Below, in pieces: positions 8,537-19,518 of a stretch of 64,000 nucleotides of DNA (position 1 is the first letter of the stretch; every line of letters starts with the position of its first letter). The DNA lies in the NCBI GenBank assembly GCA_045606105.1, contig JAZURI010000003.1, forward strand, positions 32,001 through 96,000. Reading direction: 5' to 3'. This stretch comes from Spirochaetia bacterium (GTDB taxonomy: Bacteria > Spirochaetota > Spirochaetia > CADAEX01). A program made the position numbers and the translations under genes. The notes under the pieces were generated by a model, which was given only the letters and a program-made list of their open reading frames with translations, ran no database searches and was not told the DNA's origin.

Positions 8537-9917
8537 TATAGCTCTTTCCGTAGATGAAATAGTTAGGGTAGCAGCTGCAAGGCTACTGTCTTCTGGGGAG
8601 GGGACTGCTTTTTCAAACATCTGTACAGACTCAAGGGATGCCTCATCGGGTTCAATCTTCTTTGCTTTGAAGGGGGAAAGGACTGATGGGCATAACTATA
8701 TCCGTTCCGCAGTGGCAAACGGGGCTTCACTCTGTGTAATCGATCACCTGACTCCTGAAATCGAGGATATCGCCGGAAAAAACGAATGTGCGGTGGTGCT
8801 GACGGAAAATTCTCTCACAGCGCTCCAGAAGCTGGCCGCATATTACAGACGGAAGTTCCGGGATATAACCATAGTCGGAATCACGGGCAGCAGCGGCAAG
8901 ACCACCACAAAGGAGCTTACTGCGGCAGTTCTTTCACAGCTGGGTGAAACTGTTTACACAAAGGGAAACCTTAATTCTGAAATCGGGCTTCCGTGCTCTG
9001 TTTTCAGCATCAGGCCTCATCACAGGTACGGTGTTTTCGAGATGGGAATAAACCATTTCGGAGAGATGGATATCCTGGTTGATGTGCTGCAGCCACAGAT
9101 CGGTATCATCACAAACATCGGAACAGCCCATATCGGTATCCTGGGCTCCAGGGACAATATTGCGGCGGAAAAGGGAAAGCTCTTTTCTGCAAATCCGGCT
9201 CTTGAAAAAGGGTTTATTTCGGAAAATGACGACTATTACGGAACCCTGTCGGAAATGTGCGGCAGGGAAAAGGCTGAGGGATTCGGATGCTCAATGGCAG
9301 AGAACCTTTCCCTTGCCGGAACAAATGGCTCCTCCTTTACCTTCGGTAAGGAAAAAATAGATTTCCCCCTGGTGGGAAAATACAACGTGTGCAATGCAAT
9401 GGCTGCGGCTGCGGTCGGGAAATATCTGGGTGCTTCGGACCTTCAGATCAGGAAGGCTCTGGAAAATGCTCCGGTTCTTTCCCGCCGCGGGGAAATCTGC
9501 GAAGCTGAAGGTGTTTCCATACTCTGCGACTGCTACAATGCCAATCTTGAAGCGGTAAAGGCAGTTATCGGTTTTGCCGGAACCATGGCTGACAGGCACA
9601 GGCTGGTATTTGTTATCGGTTCACTGCTGGAGCTGGGAGATGCATCCCGGGATATCCACCGTGAAATCGGAACCGAGCTGGGAAAAAGCAATGCTGCCGG
9701 AATCTTTCTTTTCGGCAAGGAGACCGAGGGAGCTGAAGAGGGACTTGCCGGTGCGGCTGGCATAAGTATTTTCAGGACAGAGGATTATGCTGAACTGGAA
9801 GCAGCTGTATGCAGCTTTGTAAAGGCCGGGGATCTGGTGGTGGTTAAGGGTTCCAGAGGAATGGAGCTGGAACGGATAGTAAATAAATTGAAGGACAGAG
9901 GAATAGATAATGTTTAA
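8517..9917 (+). CDS. murF: UDP-MurNAc-tripeptide:D-Ala-D-Ala ligase
   Basis: ITGSSGKTTTKE, EMGINHFGE, DCYNAN and VKGSRGM motifs. Confidence 0.95.
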   Translation: MESGKNDIALSVDEIVRVAAARLLSSGEGTAFSNICTDSRDASSGSIFFALKGERTDGHNYIRSAVANGASLCVIDHLTPEIEDIAGKNECAVVLTENSLTALQKLAAYYRRKFRDITIVGITGSSGKTTTKELTAAVLSQLGETVYTKGNLNSEIGLPCSVFSIRPHHRYGVFEMGINHFGEMDILVDVLQPQIGIITNIGTAHIGILGSRDNIAAEKGKLFSANPALEKGFISENDDYYGTLSEMCGREKAEGFGCSMAENLSLAGTNGSSFTFGKEKIDFPLVGKYNVCNAMAAAAVGKYLGASDLQIRKALENAPVLSRRGEICEAEGVSILCDCYNANLEAVKAVIGFAGTMADRHRLVFVIGSLLELGDASRDIHREIGTELGKSNAAGIFLFGKETEGAEEGLAGAAGISIFRTEDYAELEAAVCSFVKAGDLVVVKGSRGMELERIVNKLKDRGIDNV

Positions 9918-10968
9918 GGAACTTGCTTCTCAGCTTAATATTTTCAAATATATAACCTTCAGGGCTTCCTATGCGGCGGTGACTGCCCTGGTTCTGGCCC
10001 TGGTTCTGGGACCTCTGGTTATCAGATGGCTTAAAAAGGAAAAGATGGGACAGGTGGTCAGGGATGACGGTCCAAAGACCCATAAGGTGAAATCGGGAAC
10101 TCCTACCATGGGAGGAATCTTTATTATTGCTGCAATAGTGATGTCGGTTCTCATGTGGCAGGATCTCCGTAACGGATATACATGGATTACTCTGCTGGCA
10201 ATCCTGGGCTTCGGCGCCATCGGTTTTGCAGACGATTACCTGAAATTCTCGCTGAAGAATACCACCGGCCTGAAGGCAAGCTACAAGATGGCGGCTCAGC
10301 TGGTTGTATCTGCAGCCATAGTACTTTTCATCTATTTCAACAGAAACGAAAATACCACGCTTCTTTATCTCCCTTTCTGCAAGTATCCGATCCTGGACCT
10401 CTCCTGGATGTACATTCCTTTCGGAATCATAATTCTGGTAGGTGCTTCCAATGCCGTTAACCTGACAGACGGTCTCGACGGACTGGCCATCGGTCTGGTT
10501 TTCCTGGTGGGAATAGCATTTGCAATCCTGGCCTACATCACCGGAAGAGCCGATTATGCAGAATATCTCAGGATTCCTTACATCCAGGGTGCCGGGGAGC
10601 TTACTGTTCTCAGTCTGGCCATAGTGGGTGCCTCCATCGGATTCCTCTGGTTCAACTGTCATCCTGCTGAGGTAATGATGGGCGATACCGGAAGCCTTTC
10701 ACTGGGCGGTATCATCGGTCTGCTGGCAATTCTTCTGAAGAAAGAAATTCTCCTGATTCTTATCGGAGGGGTTTTCGTTATTGAGGCCCTTTCAGTAATT
10801 ATTCAGGTAATTTCATATAAGACAAGAAAAAAGAGAGTTTTCCTCATGGCTCCTCTGCATCATCATTTTGAGCAGAAGGGATGGAAGGAAACCAAGGTTG
10901 TGACACGCTTCTGGATTCTCGGAGGATTGTTTGTGATATTCAGTCTTTCGACCCTGAAGATTCAGTAA
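9910..10968 (+). CDS. mraY: Phospho-MurNAc-pentapeptide transferase
   Basis: KSGTPTMGG, NAVNLTDGLDGL, MGDTGS, MAPLHHHFE. Confidence 0.97.
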   Translation: MFKELASQLNIFKYITFRASYAAVTALVLALVLGPLVIRWLKKEKMGQVVRDDGPKTHKVKSGTPTMGGIFIIAAIVMSVLMWQDLRNGYTWITLLAILGFGAIGFADDYLKFSLKNTTGLKASYKMAAQLVVSAAIVLFIYFNRNENTTLLYLPFCKYPILDLSWMYIPFGIIILVGASNAVNLTDGLDGLAIGLVFLVGIAFAILAYITGRADYAEYLRIPYIQGAGELTVLSLAIVGASIGFLWFNCHPAEVMMGDTGSLSLGGIIGLLAILLKKEILLILIGGVFVIEALSVIIQVISYKTRKKRVFLMAPLHHHFEQKGWKETKVVTRFWILGGLFVIFSLSTLKIQ

Positions 10969-10979
10969 ACGGGAGAAAT

Positions 10980-12095
10980 ATGGTAAAATCGTGGTTTGAT
11001 GCATATAAAAGAGGCTCATGTGATATCTTCCTGCTGGCAGTGATTCTTCTGCTGGCAGGTTGCGGTATATGCATGCTCTTTTCAGTTTCCTATCTCAATG
11101 CCATAGCTGATGACAGGGCAGCAAACCATTATCTGATGAATCAGCTTACAGGCTTTGCGTTAGGTGCCGGCGCGGCAGCTTTCTTGGCAAACATATCCCT
11201 CAATATAGTCAGGAAACTTATCCCTGCAGTTGCTGTTTTCTGTATTGTGCTGAATATTCTTCCTGTTTTTTATCCTGAAATAAACGGTGCAAGAAGATGG
11301 ATCTTCATTCCGGGGCTTTCTTCCCTGCAGCCTTCCGAATTCCTTAAATGTGCGGTTATCCTGTATCTTGCCTGGAATTTCATGAAAATGGCAAAGAAGC
11401 AGAGTGCCAATTATGCACACTCCATATGTATTGCTGTTGTAAGCATGATAATCGTGTTCTTTATACAGAGCGACCTCTCCACATGTCTTTTCATATTTGC
11501 CCTTTGTTTTTCAATGATGGCTGTTTCACAGCTGAAGACCAGATGGGTAATACTTGCGGGAATAATTATCCTGGTACTGCTGCTTGCTGTTGTATTGACC
11601 GGAGACAGATACAGAATGGAAAGAATTGTCGGCCACATGAACCAGAGCGAGAATACAAAGGCCGAAAACTTCCAGATTTCTGCTTCCAAGAATGCAATAA
11701 GCTCAGGCGGTATCTGGGGCCGCGGAATAGGAAACGGTATATACAAGAACGAGGGCAGACTGCCGGAAGCAAAGTCAGACTTCATCTTTGCGGTAACCGG
11801 GGAGGAGCTGGGTTTTATCGGCGTTTTCTGCATCATAGCATGTTTCGTTTTCTTTGCGGTAAGGGGATATATGGGGGCATGTCTGGCCACAGATCCTTTC
11901 TGTTTCTATGTGGCATTCGGAATCACCACCTGTATTTTCTTTCAAGCTCTTATAAATATTACGGTTGTATCAGGTCTTCTGCCTGTTACAGGAATTCCTC
12001 TCCCTTTCTTTTCCCAGGGAGGGTCATCAATGGTTATAACCATGATAATGTGCGGACTTCTTCTGAATGTGACCCGCAGGGAAATCGGAGGCTAA
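10980..12095 (+). CDS. ftsW: SEDS-family peptidoglycan polymerase FtsW
   Basis: GARRWI, QPSEFLK, LPEAKSDFIF..GEELG, TGIPLPFFSQGGSS. Confidence 0.93.
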   Translation: MVKSWFDAYKRGSCDIFLLAVILLLAGCGICMLFSVSYLNAIADDRAANHYLMNQLTGFALGAGAAAFLANISLNIVRKLIPAVAVFCIVLNILPVFYPEINGARRWIFIPGLSSLQPSEFLKCAVILYLAWNFMKMAKKQSANYAHSICIAVVSMIIVFFIQSDLSTCLFIFALCFSMMAVSQLKTRWVILAGIIILVLLLAVVLTGDRYRMERIVGHMNQSENTKAENFQISASKNAISSGGIWGRGIGNGIYKNEGRLPEAKSDFIFAVTGEELGFIGVFCIIACFVFFAVRGYMGACLATDPFCFYVAFGITTCIFFQALINITVVSGLLPVTGIPLPFFSQGGSSMVITMIMCGLLLNVTRREIGG

Positions 12096-12099
12096 CGGT

Positions 12100-12933
12100 A
12101 TGAGCAGCAATATAAACATCTTTGCAGGCAACATGAGTGCTTCATTTGAACGCAGTCATAAATTACATAAGAAAGCAACAAAAAAAATCATTCTTTTCAT
12201 ATTTCTCCTGGCTCTTGGGATTGCAGTCATTGAGGCTGCATTCATGTTTATCCTGTATCCTAAGCTCTTCATCAGCAGGATTCAGGTGTCGGCATCCTCT
12301 GTCCCTTTTACCGAAAATGAACTGGCAGAACTTTCCGGTATCAGGGGCGGGGAATCTTTTTTCTCCGTTGATACAGAAGCGGCAGAGAACCGGATAATGG
12401 AAAGCGGACTTGTTTCAAGCGTAAGTGTGGAGAAGGTATTTCCTTCAGGAATAAATATTGATGCTGTAGGCAGAGAACCCTTTGCAGTAACTATGATTGA
12501 ATCGGACGGAGTTACGGTTCCTGTGGCTCTGGACCGTGAAGGGGTGGTTTTTCCTCTGCCGGACGGAACAGCCGGTATAAACATGCCGATAATTTCAGGC
12601 ATTACCATGGAAAGCTACGGCATGGGTGCAAAGATCCCTGCCATGTACATACCGTATCTCAGGAATCTTGAACAGATTTACGGAAATGATTCCCGGTTTC
12701 TGGAACAGATTTCCGAAATAAGGTTTCTTGAAAAGACGGGATCCACCTTTGATGTGATTCTGTATCCTACTGAAGGAAACATCAGGATCAGGACCGGGAA
12801 TTCCATTGACAATTCCCTGCTCAGACAGGCTTTCCTGGTTATAGATGTTATGGAAAAGAACGGCCTTTCCTCCGAGACCGAAGAGCTCGATTTCAGGAAC
12901 GGCAGAGTTGTTTATAAGGTTAAGGAGGGTTGA
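12100..12933 (+). CDS. ftsQ: Cell division protein FtsQ/DivIB
   Basis: N-terminal TM, POTRA-like VSVEKVFPS, C-terminal LDFRNG; lies between ftsW and ftsA. Confidence 0.85.
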   Translation: MSSNINIFAGNMSASFERSHKLHKKATKKIILFIFLLALGIAVIEAAFMFILYPKLFISRIQVSASSVPFTENELAELSGIRGGESFFSVDTEAAENRIMESGLVSSVSVEKVFPSGINIDAVGREPFAVTMIESDGVTVPVALDREGVVFPLPDGTAGINMPIISGITMESYGMGAKIPAMYIPYLRNLEQIYGNDSRFLEQISEIRFLEKTGSTFDVILYPTEGNIRIRTGNSIDNSLLRQAFLVIDVMEKNGLSSETEELDFRNGRVVYKVKEG

Positions 12934-14243
12934 CCTTGGCTAATGAAGAATTAATGGTTGGAATTGATATAGGCAGTTCAAGGATTGCAGTGGTTGTGGG
13001 CGAGAAAGGGGAGGACTATGACGGAAATCCTGTTCTCAGCATCATAGGTGCAGGTGAAGCTGTTTCCGACGGTGTCAGGGATGGCATCATCGTGAATATT
13101 GAAAAAACAGTCAGCCGCATCAAGGAGGCGGTGAAGTCGGCGGAAGAGATGTCGGATTGTGATATCGAGGTTATGAACTGCGGTATCGGAGGTATTCATA
13201 TCCGAGGTTTCAATTCTCCGGGAGTAGCTCCGGTTACCGGCGGAAAATCCGGAACTGAAAGGGAAGTATCGAAAAATGACATGAAGGCAGCCTGTAATTC
13301 AGCGGCTGCAGTTTCCCTGAACAACGGAGAGATGCAGTTGTGTACCATTCCTCTGTATTACAAGCTGGATGGTAATGACTGCAGGATTCTGGAGCCGGAA
13401 AACATGCTCTGCAGCCGTCTGGAGGCCGAGGTGCATATTATCACAGCAAAGGAATCTGCGGTAAAGAACCTGACTCACAGCATTACAAAGGCAGGGTATA
13501 CCATCAAGGCAAAAGCTCCTTCTGTTCTTGCAACCTGCATGGCGGTCTTTTCGGAAGAGGAAAAAAAGGGAGGAATTCTTCTTGTAGATATCGGTGCAGA
13601 TGTAACAAGCTTTGCGGTAAGTGTGGATAATGTTCCGTATTGTACAGCGGCTGTGGGTATGGGAAGCAGATACATTACTTCGGATATCTCCAAGGTTCTC
13701 GGTATCCCTTTGAATATTGCCGAGGAAATAAAGAAAAATGACGGTATCTGTCATGAAATTTACCTGCAGGAAGGAAAGGAGATAGTCCTTCCGATCAGCT
13801 GCGGTGTCCTTGCAGACAAGGCGATAAAGTGCAGTGAGGTATGTGAAATAATCCAGGCCCGTCTCTGGGAGATCTTCATGGAAATCGGAAGCATTCTGGA
13901 AACAGAAAATCAGCTTGAAAACATAAACGGCGGAATCATTTTCACCGGCGGCGGATCTCTTGTTCCCGGAATTTGTGAGCTTGCATACGAGTGTTTCGGA
14001 ATACAGGCAAGGGTAGGATTGCCGATCGGGTTTGAAGACCACACCGGCGGCAGGGTAAACAGTCCCGGGTATGCAGTGGCTCTCGGACTTGTCAAAGGGG
14101 AATATGACAATCTGGTCAGCTCCGGACAGGAACAGAAAAAAATAAAGAATCCTATCCGTCTGAAGAAAAAAGAAAAAACTCCGAAGGAAGGAAAAAAGAA
14201 CCCGGTGAAGGAGTTTTTAAAAGGTTTCTTTACTGAAGATTAA
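12930..14243 (+). CDS. ftsA: Cell division protein FtsA
   Basis: VGIDIGSS, VDIGADVT and IFTGGGS actin-fold motifs; TTG start with GGAGG SD. Confidence 0.93.
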   Translation: MTLANEELMVGIDIGSSRIAVVVGEKGEDYDGNPVLSIIGAGEAVSDGVRDGIIVNIEKTVSRIKEAVKSAEEMSDCDIEVMNCGIGGIHIRGFNSPGVAPVTGGKSGTEREVSKNDMKAACNSAAAVSLNNGEMQLCTIPLYYKLDGNDCRILEPENMLCSRLEAEVHIITAKESAVKNLTHSITKAGYTIKAKAPSVLATCMAVFSEEEKKGGILLVDIGADVTSFAVSVDNVPYCTAAVGMGSRYITSDISKVLGIPLNIAEEIKKNDGICHEIYLQEGKEIVLPISCGVLADKAIKCSEVCEIIQARLWEIFMEIGSILETENQLENINGGIIFTGGGSLVPGICELAYECFGIQARVGLPIGFEDHTGGRVNSPGYAVALGLVKGEYDNLVSSGQEQKKIKNPIRLKKKEKTPKEGKKNPVKEFLKGFFTED

Positions 14244-14267
14244 AGTTATTCAAACTGGGAGGGAAGA

Positions 14268-15479
14268 ATGACATTTGACAGCGTAGAACTTATAGAAGAT
14301 GAAATCAGAAAAGGTAAAGCAGAAATAAAGATTATCGGAATCGGCGGCGGCGGATGCAATGCCGTGAACCGTATGATTGAATCAGGGCTGGGAGAAGGGG
14401 TCCTTTTCATTGCGGCAAATACAGACCGTCAGGCCCTTGATGTATCCCTTGCAGAACTTAAGCTTCCTTTGGGTGAAAATCTTACCCACGGTCTCGGAGC
14501 CGGCGGAATCCCGGAAATCGGTGAAAAGGCAGCAAATGAAAACAAACAGGAAATAAAAGCGATTCTTGAAGGGGCGGATATGGTTTTCATCACTGCAGGA
14601 ATGGGCGGCGGAACCGGAACCGGCGGTGCCCCTGTGGTTGCAGAGATAGCCAAGGAGCTGGGAATCCTTACTGTTGCGGTAGTTACAACTCCGTTCCTGG
14701 TGGAAGGTACCGTAAAGGAAAGATATGCACAGGAAGGAATCAGTAAGCTCCGTGAAAGGGTAGATACACTTATCATTATTCCTAACGAGAATCTTTTCAA
14801 ATATCTTGACCCGAATACACCTCTGACCGAGGCCTTCAAGATGGCAGATGATACCCTCAGACAGAGTATCCTGGGTATTTCCAACCTGATTACCGGAAAC
14901 GGTGTAATAAATGTGGATTTTGCCGATGTAAAGACAACCATGAAGGACCGGGGTGATGCCGTTATAGGTATCGGTGAAGGTCATGGCGAAAACAAGGCAG
15001 TCGAGGCCATCAACAATGCCATCCATAACAAGCTTATTCAGGATATATCCATTGACGGAGCTACAAATGTTCTTGTAGGAATTACATCCGGTACAGATTT
15101 CACCACACAGGAATTCAAGACAATCCTCAGCCAGGTAAATGAAAAAACAGCCCGTGATGCCCACATTATCCACTCTCAGATGACTGATGAAAAGATGAAT
15201 GACAGCGTTGAGGTAACAATCATAGCTACCGGCTGTTCCGGAAAAAAGCTTTCCGAATCCAAAGCAGCAGTTGTTGAAGCACCTGCAGCTGAAGAGACAG
15301 CTCCTGAGGTACAGGCTGTTCCGGAACCGGAGCCTGAAGCACCTGTAACCGAGACCCGGAAGCCGGAACCTGTAAGAATTCCGGATATGAAGGGCTCCGC
15401 AAGGAACAACAATATCGAAATCCCGGCAATCAAAAGGGGCTTCGGCGAAATCATGAAAAAAATGCGCAAGGGGAACTGA
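14268..15479 (+). CDS. ftsZ: Cell division protein FtsZ
   Basis: GIGGGGCNAV, AGMGGGTGTG and INVDFADV motifs. Confidence 0.98.
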   Translation: MTFDSVELIEDEIRKGKAEIKIIGIGGGGCNAVNRMIESGLGEGVLFIAANTDRQALDVSLAELKLPLGENLTHGLGAGGIPEIGEKAANENKQEIKAILEGADMVFITAGMGGGTGTGGAPVVAEIAKELGILTVAVVTTPFLVEGTVKERYAQEGISKLRERVDTLIIIPNENLFKYLDPNTPLTEAFKMADDTLRQSILGISNLITGNGVINVDFADVKTTMKDRGDAVIGIGEGHGENKAVEAINNAIHNKLIQDISIDGATNVLVGITSGTDFTTQEFKTILSQVNEKTARDAHIIHSQMTDEKMNDSVEVTIIATGCSGKKLSESKAAVVEAPAAEETAPEVQAVPEPEPEAPVTETRKPEPVRIPDMKGSARNNNIEIPAIKRGFGEIMKKMRKGN

Positions 15480-16369
15480 TGATTGATCTGAAAAAGACTG
15501 CAGTCTGCTACGAGGATTATCTTATAAGCGAGCTCAACCTTTCTGCCGCCACCATAGAAATATACAGGCGGGAAACCGGTATGTTCTTCAGCTATCTTGA
15601 AAAAGGCAGCAGTCAACTTTCGGAAATTTCATCTTCAGACATAGAAAATTATCTGAAATACAGGACTGAAAAGGATTCCCTCTCCGCAAGGACAACAGCC
15701 AGGATCATGAGCTCTCTCCGTTCATTGTTCCGGTTCCTGCAGCTTGAGGATGTAAGAAAGGATAATCCGGTAACCGTACTGGATATGCCTAAGGGAAGTC
15801 ATACATTGCCGAGTGTTTTCAGCAGTGAGGAAATTGAATCCTTTTTCGACAGCATAGATATGGCAAAACCGGCCGGAATCCGCGACAGGGCTCTTTTCGA
15901 GGTAATCTACTCCTGCGGGCTCAGGATTTCGGAGGTGGCAGACCTTAAATGCTCCGATATTTACGGCGAAGAGGGTCTGATACGTGTTTTCGGCAAGGGA
16001 AGCAAGGAAAGAGTAGTGCCTCTCGGAGAGGTATCTCTTTATTGGATAAACAAATATTTAGAAAATGGAAGAAGAGCTCTTCTTAAAGGGAAGCAGTCTG
16101 AGTATCTTTTTATAAACTGCTTCGGAGAGAAAATAGGAAGAAAGGGTATCTGGAAGAAATTCAAGGAAATTACCGGAAAGGCTGATATGGAAGGAAAGGT
16201 TCACACCCTCAGACATTCATTTGCCACCCATCTTCTGAGAAACGGTGCAGATCTCAGGTCTGTTCAGGAAATGCTGGGACATTCGGATATTTCCACCACC
16301 CAGATATATACACATCTGAACAGAAGCGATCTGCGTAAATATTATAACGAAAATCATCCCGGAGGTTGA
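15479..16369 (+). CDS. xerD: Tyrosine recombinase, XerD-like
   Basis: RDRALFEVIYSCGLRISE, HTLRHSFATHLL, LGHSDISTTQIY. Confidence 0.88.
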   Translation: MIDLKKTAVCYEDYLISELNLSAATIEIYRRETGMFFSYLEKGSSQLSEISSSDIENYLKYRTEKDSLSARTTARIMSSLRSLFRFLQLEDVRKDNPVTVLDMPKGSHTLPSVFSSEEIESFFDSIDMAKPAGIRDRALFEVIYSCGLRISEVADLKCSDIYGEEGLIRVFGKGSKERVVPLGEVSLYWINKYLENGRRALLKGKQSEYLFINCFGEKIGRKGIWKKFKEITGKADMEGKVHTLRHSFATHLLRNGADLRSVQEMLGHSDISTTQIYTHLNRSDLRKYYNENHPGG

Positions 16370-16417
16370 AGCATAAGGGGCTGAGGAACAGTTATTAATA
16401 ATTGTCGGAGAAAAGAA

Positions 16418-17425
16418 ATGGAAAACAGAGATTACCTGGCATTTGTCATAAAGAACATAAAAGGTCTCAGAGTAACCGAAAGAATTTCCCTCCTCAGCCT
16501 TGTAGAAAAAGAGATGAATCCGGCAGGGTCCGTATCATCGGTCAGGAGTGCAGTTGAAGGCTGTTTCGTAAAAAACAGCACTGTTCTTGAGGATGCATTC
16601 AGAAAGGCTGATGAAGAAACAGCCCTTATGGAAAGAAGCGGAGTGAGCTTTGTATCGGTTTTTGATTCACGGTATCCGGACAGGCTCAGGGAAATATATG
16701 ATCCGCCCCTTATCCTCTATTACAGGGGAACACTTCCGGAAAGCTGTGAAAGGACAGTGGGAGTGGTGGGAACCAGATATGCCTGCGGTACAGCCCTTGA
16801 GGCAGCCTATGATACAGGCTTCGGACTGGGGGTCAACGGCGTGACTGTGGTTTCCGGTCTGGCAGCAGGCATAGACAGGGAAGCCCATCTGGGAAACATT
16901 GATGCAGGTGTAAAGGGAATAGCGGTTCTGGGAAACGGAATCGACATGGTTTACCCTGTGGAAAACAGGAAGCTGGCATACCGTCTTCTTGAAGAGGGCG
17001 GAGTGATTTTCAGTGAATTTGAACCGGGAATCAGGGGAACAAAATATACATTTCCCCGTCGTAACAGGATAATAAGCGGCATTTCTGCAGCTGTGGCCGT
17101 AATCCAGGCGCCTGAAAGGTCGGGTGCACTGATAACAGCCGATTTTGCGGCAGAACAGGGCCGGGAGGTTTTTATACATGAAGCAGGTCTTCCTTTCCGG
17201 GAAGGAAAAGGGGGTCTGGCACTGTGTATGGACGGAGCACCGAGCTTCGCATCTCCGGTGGAACTGGTCAGGGAAATGGGATGGGAGATTCTCAGCCGTG
17301 ACTACAGGTCGGAAAACAGCGGCGCCGATGGTCAGAACTCTCTTGCAGAGTGCGAAATCGAAGGTCTTGCGGTAAATTACCGCGGTACCTATTTTTTAAG
17401 AAACAAGGGGTCAGTTTATGCCTAA
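16418..17425 (+). CDS. dprA: DNA-processing protein DprA/Smf
   Basis: VVGTR, VSGLAAGID, FPRRNRIISG, SGALITA. Confidence 0.94.
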   Translation: MENRDYLAFVIKNIKGLRVTERISLLSLVEKEMNPAGSVSSVRSAVEGCFVKNSTVLEDAFRKADEETALMERSGVSFVSVFDSRYPDRLREIYDPPLILYYRGTLPESCERTVGVVGTRYACGTALEAAYDTGFGLGVNGVTVVSGLAAGIDREAHLGNIDAGVKGIAVLGNGIDMVYPVENRKLAYRLLEEGGVIFSEFEPGIRGTKYTFPRRNRIISGISAAVAVIQAPERSGALITADFAAEQGREVFIHEAGLPFREGKGGLALCMDGAPSFASPVELVREMGWEILSRDYRSENSGADGQNSLAECEIEGLAVNYRGTYFLRNKGSVYA

Positions 17426-19517
17426 GACATCAGAAAAAACAAAAAAGACAACATTGCTTATCGTAGAGTCTCCTGCCAAGGCAAAGACAATTGAACATTA
17501 TCTCGGAAGAGGTTACTCGGTTGAGGCTTCGGTAGGGCATCTCATAGATCTGCCTAAATCCAGGATTGCCATCGATCCGGAAAACAACTTCGAGCCTGAA
17601 TATATAACTGTACGGGGAAAGGCCGGCATTCTCAAGGAGCTTGAAAAAAAGGCATCCAAGGCTGATGTGGTTCTCCTGGCTTCCGATAATGACCGTGAGG
17701 GAGAGGCTATTTCCTATCATCTCAAGTGCGCTCTTGAAAAAAAGAACATCAATGCAAAGATTGAAAGAATCATATTCAACGAAATTACTCCGGTAGCCAT
17801 CAAGGAGGCAGTAAGATCTCCTAAGGAAATCGACATGGGTAAGGTAAATGCCCAGAAGGCCAGACGCGTGCTGGACAGGATTATCGGCTACAATCTTTCC
17901 CCTATCCTGTGGAAAAAGGTGAAGAACGGTCTTTCCGCCGGTCGTGTACAGTCCGTGGCTCTCAGGCTTATCTGCGACAGGGAACAGGAAGTTTTGGATT
18001 TCGTACCGGAAGAATACTGGAGCCTGGATGTGGAGCTTTCCAAGGGAAAATCCTCCTTTGCCGCACAGTTTGCAGGGGTTGGCGATGAAAAGGTAACCTT
18101 CGGCAGCAAGGAAGAGGCAGACAGCTTCATGAAGAAACTCGAAGGAAAGGATTTCTTGGTTTCCGATGTGAAGAAAACAGAAAAGCATATTCCGCCCAAA
18201 GCTCCGTACACCACTTCAAAGCTGCAGCAGGATGCGGCAAACAGGCTTAATTTTACCTCAAAGAAAACCATGCAGCTGGCTCAGCAGCTTTACGAAGGTA
18301 TAAACATGGGTTCCAGCCGTGTCGGTCTTATCACCTACATGAGAACCGACTCCACCCGTATCTCCAACCAGGCCCTGGATGACGTAAGGGCTTATATCGG
18401 GGCAAATTTTCCTGATCAGCTTGCTCCCAACAGCATAAACTATTCTCTTGGAAAACGGGCTCAGGATGCACACGAAGCCATCCGTCCTACCTATGTGAAA
18501 TATACACCTGACTATGTGAAGCAGTTCCTCACACCGGATCAGCTCAAGCTCTATACCATTATCTGGGAACGATTTGTTGCATCCCAGATGACAGATACCG
18601 TGCTTTCCGTAACCACAGCCGATATTCTCTGCGGCGATGCGTTGTTCCGGGTTATTGCCTCTTCCGTCAAGGAAAAGGGCTTCCAGAAGGTTCTGAAGCT
18701 CCTGGCCGTAAAGGAAAAGAGCATAAAGCTTCCGGCTCTTGCCGCAGGAGAAAAGCTCAGTTTCGAGGAATATGTTACCGAACAGCATTTTACCCAGGGG
18801 CCTTCCCGCTATACCGATGCAAGTATCGTCAAGATTCTTGAGGAAAAGGGAATCGGCCGTCCTTCCACCTACGCTCCTATCATCTCGCTTCTTCTGGAGC
18901 ACTATTATGTCGGAAGGAAAAACAAGCAGCTTATCCCTACAGCTCTGGGAAAAACCGTAAATACAATCCTCATGGCATCATTCCCTGACATTCTGGATGT
19001 GAATTTCACGGCAGAGATGGAGCAGAAGCTGGATGATGTGGAGGAATCAAAGGATAACTGGAGCCAGATGATCGGCGAATTCTACTTCCCGTTCAAGGAA
19101 CAGGCTGACAAGGTAATGTCCACACTGGAATCGGTAAGGGGAACCATGGACGAGGAAACCGAATACAGCTGCGAGCTCTGCGGAAAGCCTATGGTGAAGA
19201 AGCTGGGTCGTTTCGGTCATTTCCTGGCATGCTCAGGCTTCCCTGAATGCAAGAACACACAGTCGGTTCCGTTCTGCAGATGTCCTAAACCGGGCTGCAG
19301 CGGTCTTATAGTGGCCAGAAAGAAAAGAGGGGGTAAAAGCAAGGAATTCTACGGATGCACAAACTATCCGGAATGCGATTTCATCTGCAACCAGAAGCCT
19401 ACCGACAAGATGTGTCCCGACTGCGGATACTTCATGGTTGAACGGTACGAGAAGGAAAGGGGAACCTTCTATTCCTGTACCAATACCGAATGCAGGAACT
19501 GCGTAAAGGAAAACTGA
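17418..19517 (+). CDS. topA: DNA topoisomerase I
   Basis: IVESPAKAKTI, DNDREGEAI, SAGRVQS, ITYMRTDS and C-terminal Zn ribbons. Confidence 0.98.
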   Translation: MPKTSEKTKKTTLLIVESPAKAKTIEHYLGRGYSVEASVGHLIDLPKSRIAIDPENNFEPEYITVRGKAGILKELEKKASKADVVLLASDNDREGEAISYHLKCALEKKNINAKIERIIFNEITPVAIKEAVRSPKEIDMGKVNAQKARRVLDRIIGYNLSPILWKKVKNGLSAGRVQSVALRLICDREQEVLDFVPEEYWSLDVELSKGKSSFAAQFAGVGDEKVTFGSKEEADSFMKKLEGKDFLVSDVKKTEKHIPPKAPYTTSKLQQDAANRLNFTSKKTMQLAQQLYEGINMGSSRVGLITYMRTDSTRISNQALDDVRAYIGANFPDQLAPNSINYSLGKRAQDAHEAIRPTYVKYTPDYVKQFLTPDQLKLYTIIWERFVASQMTDTVLSVTTADILCGDALFRVIASSVKEKGFQKVLKLLAVKEKSIKLPALAAGEKLSFEEYVTEQHFTQGPSRYTDASIVKILEEKGIGRPSTYAPIISLLLEHYYVGRKNKQLIPTALGKTVNTILMASFPDILDVNFTAEMEQKLDDVEESKDNWSQMIGEFYFPFKEQADKVMSTLESVRGTMDEETEYSCELCGKPMVKKLGRFGHFLACSGFPECKNTQSVPFCRCPKPGCSGLIVARKKRGGKSKEFYGCTNYPECDFICNQKPTDKMCPDCGYFMVERYEKERGTFYSCTNTECRNCVKEN

Positions 19518-19518
19518 T

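Noticed and set aside
8237-9917. No ftsI, murE, murD or murG in the dcw cluster
   Set aside because: Spirochaete dcw clusters are normally reduced this way, and murE is at 33617-35107.
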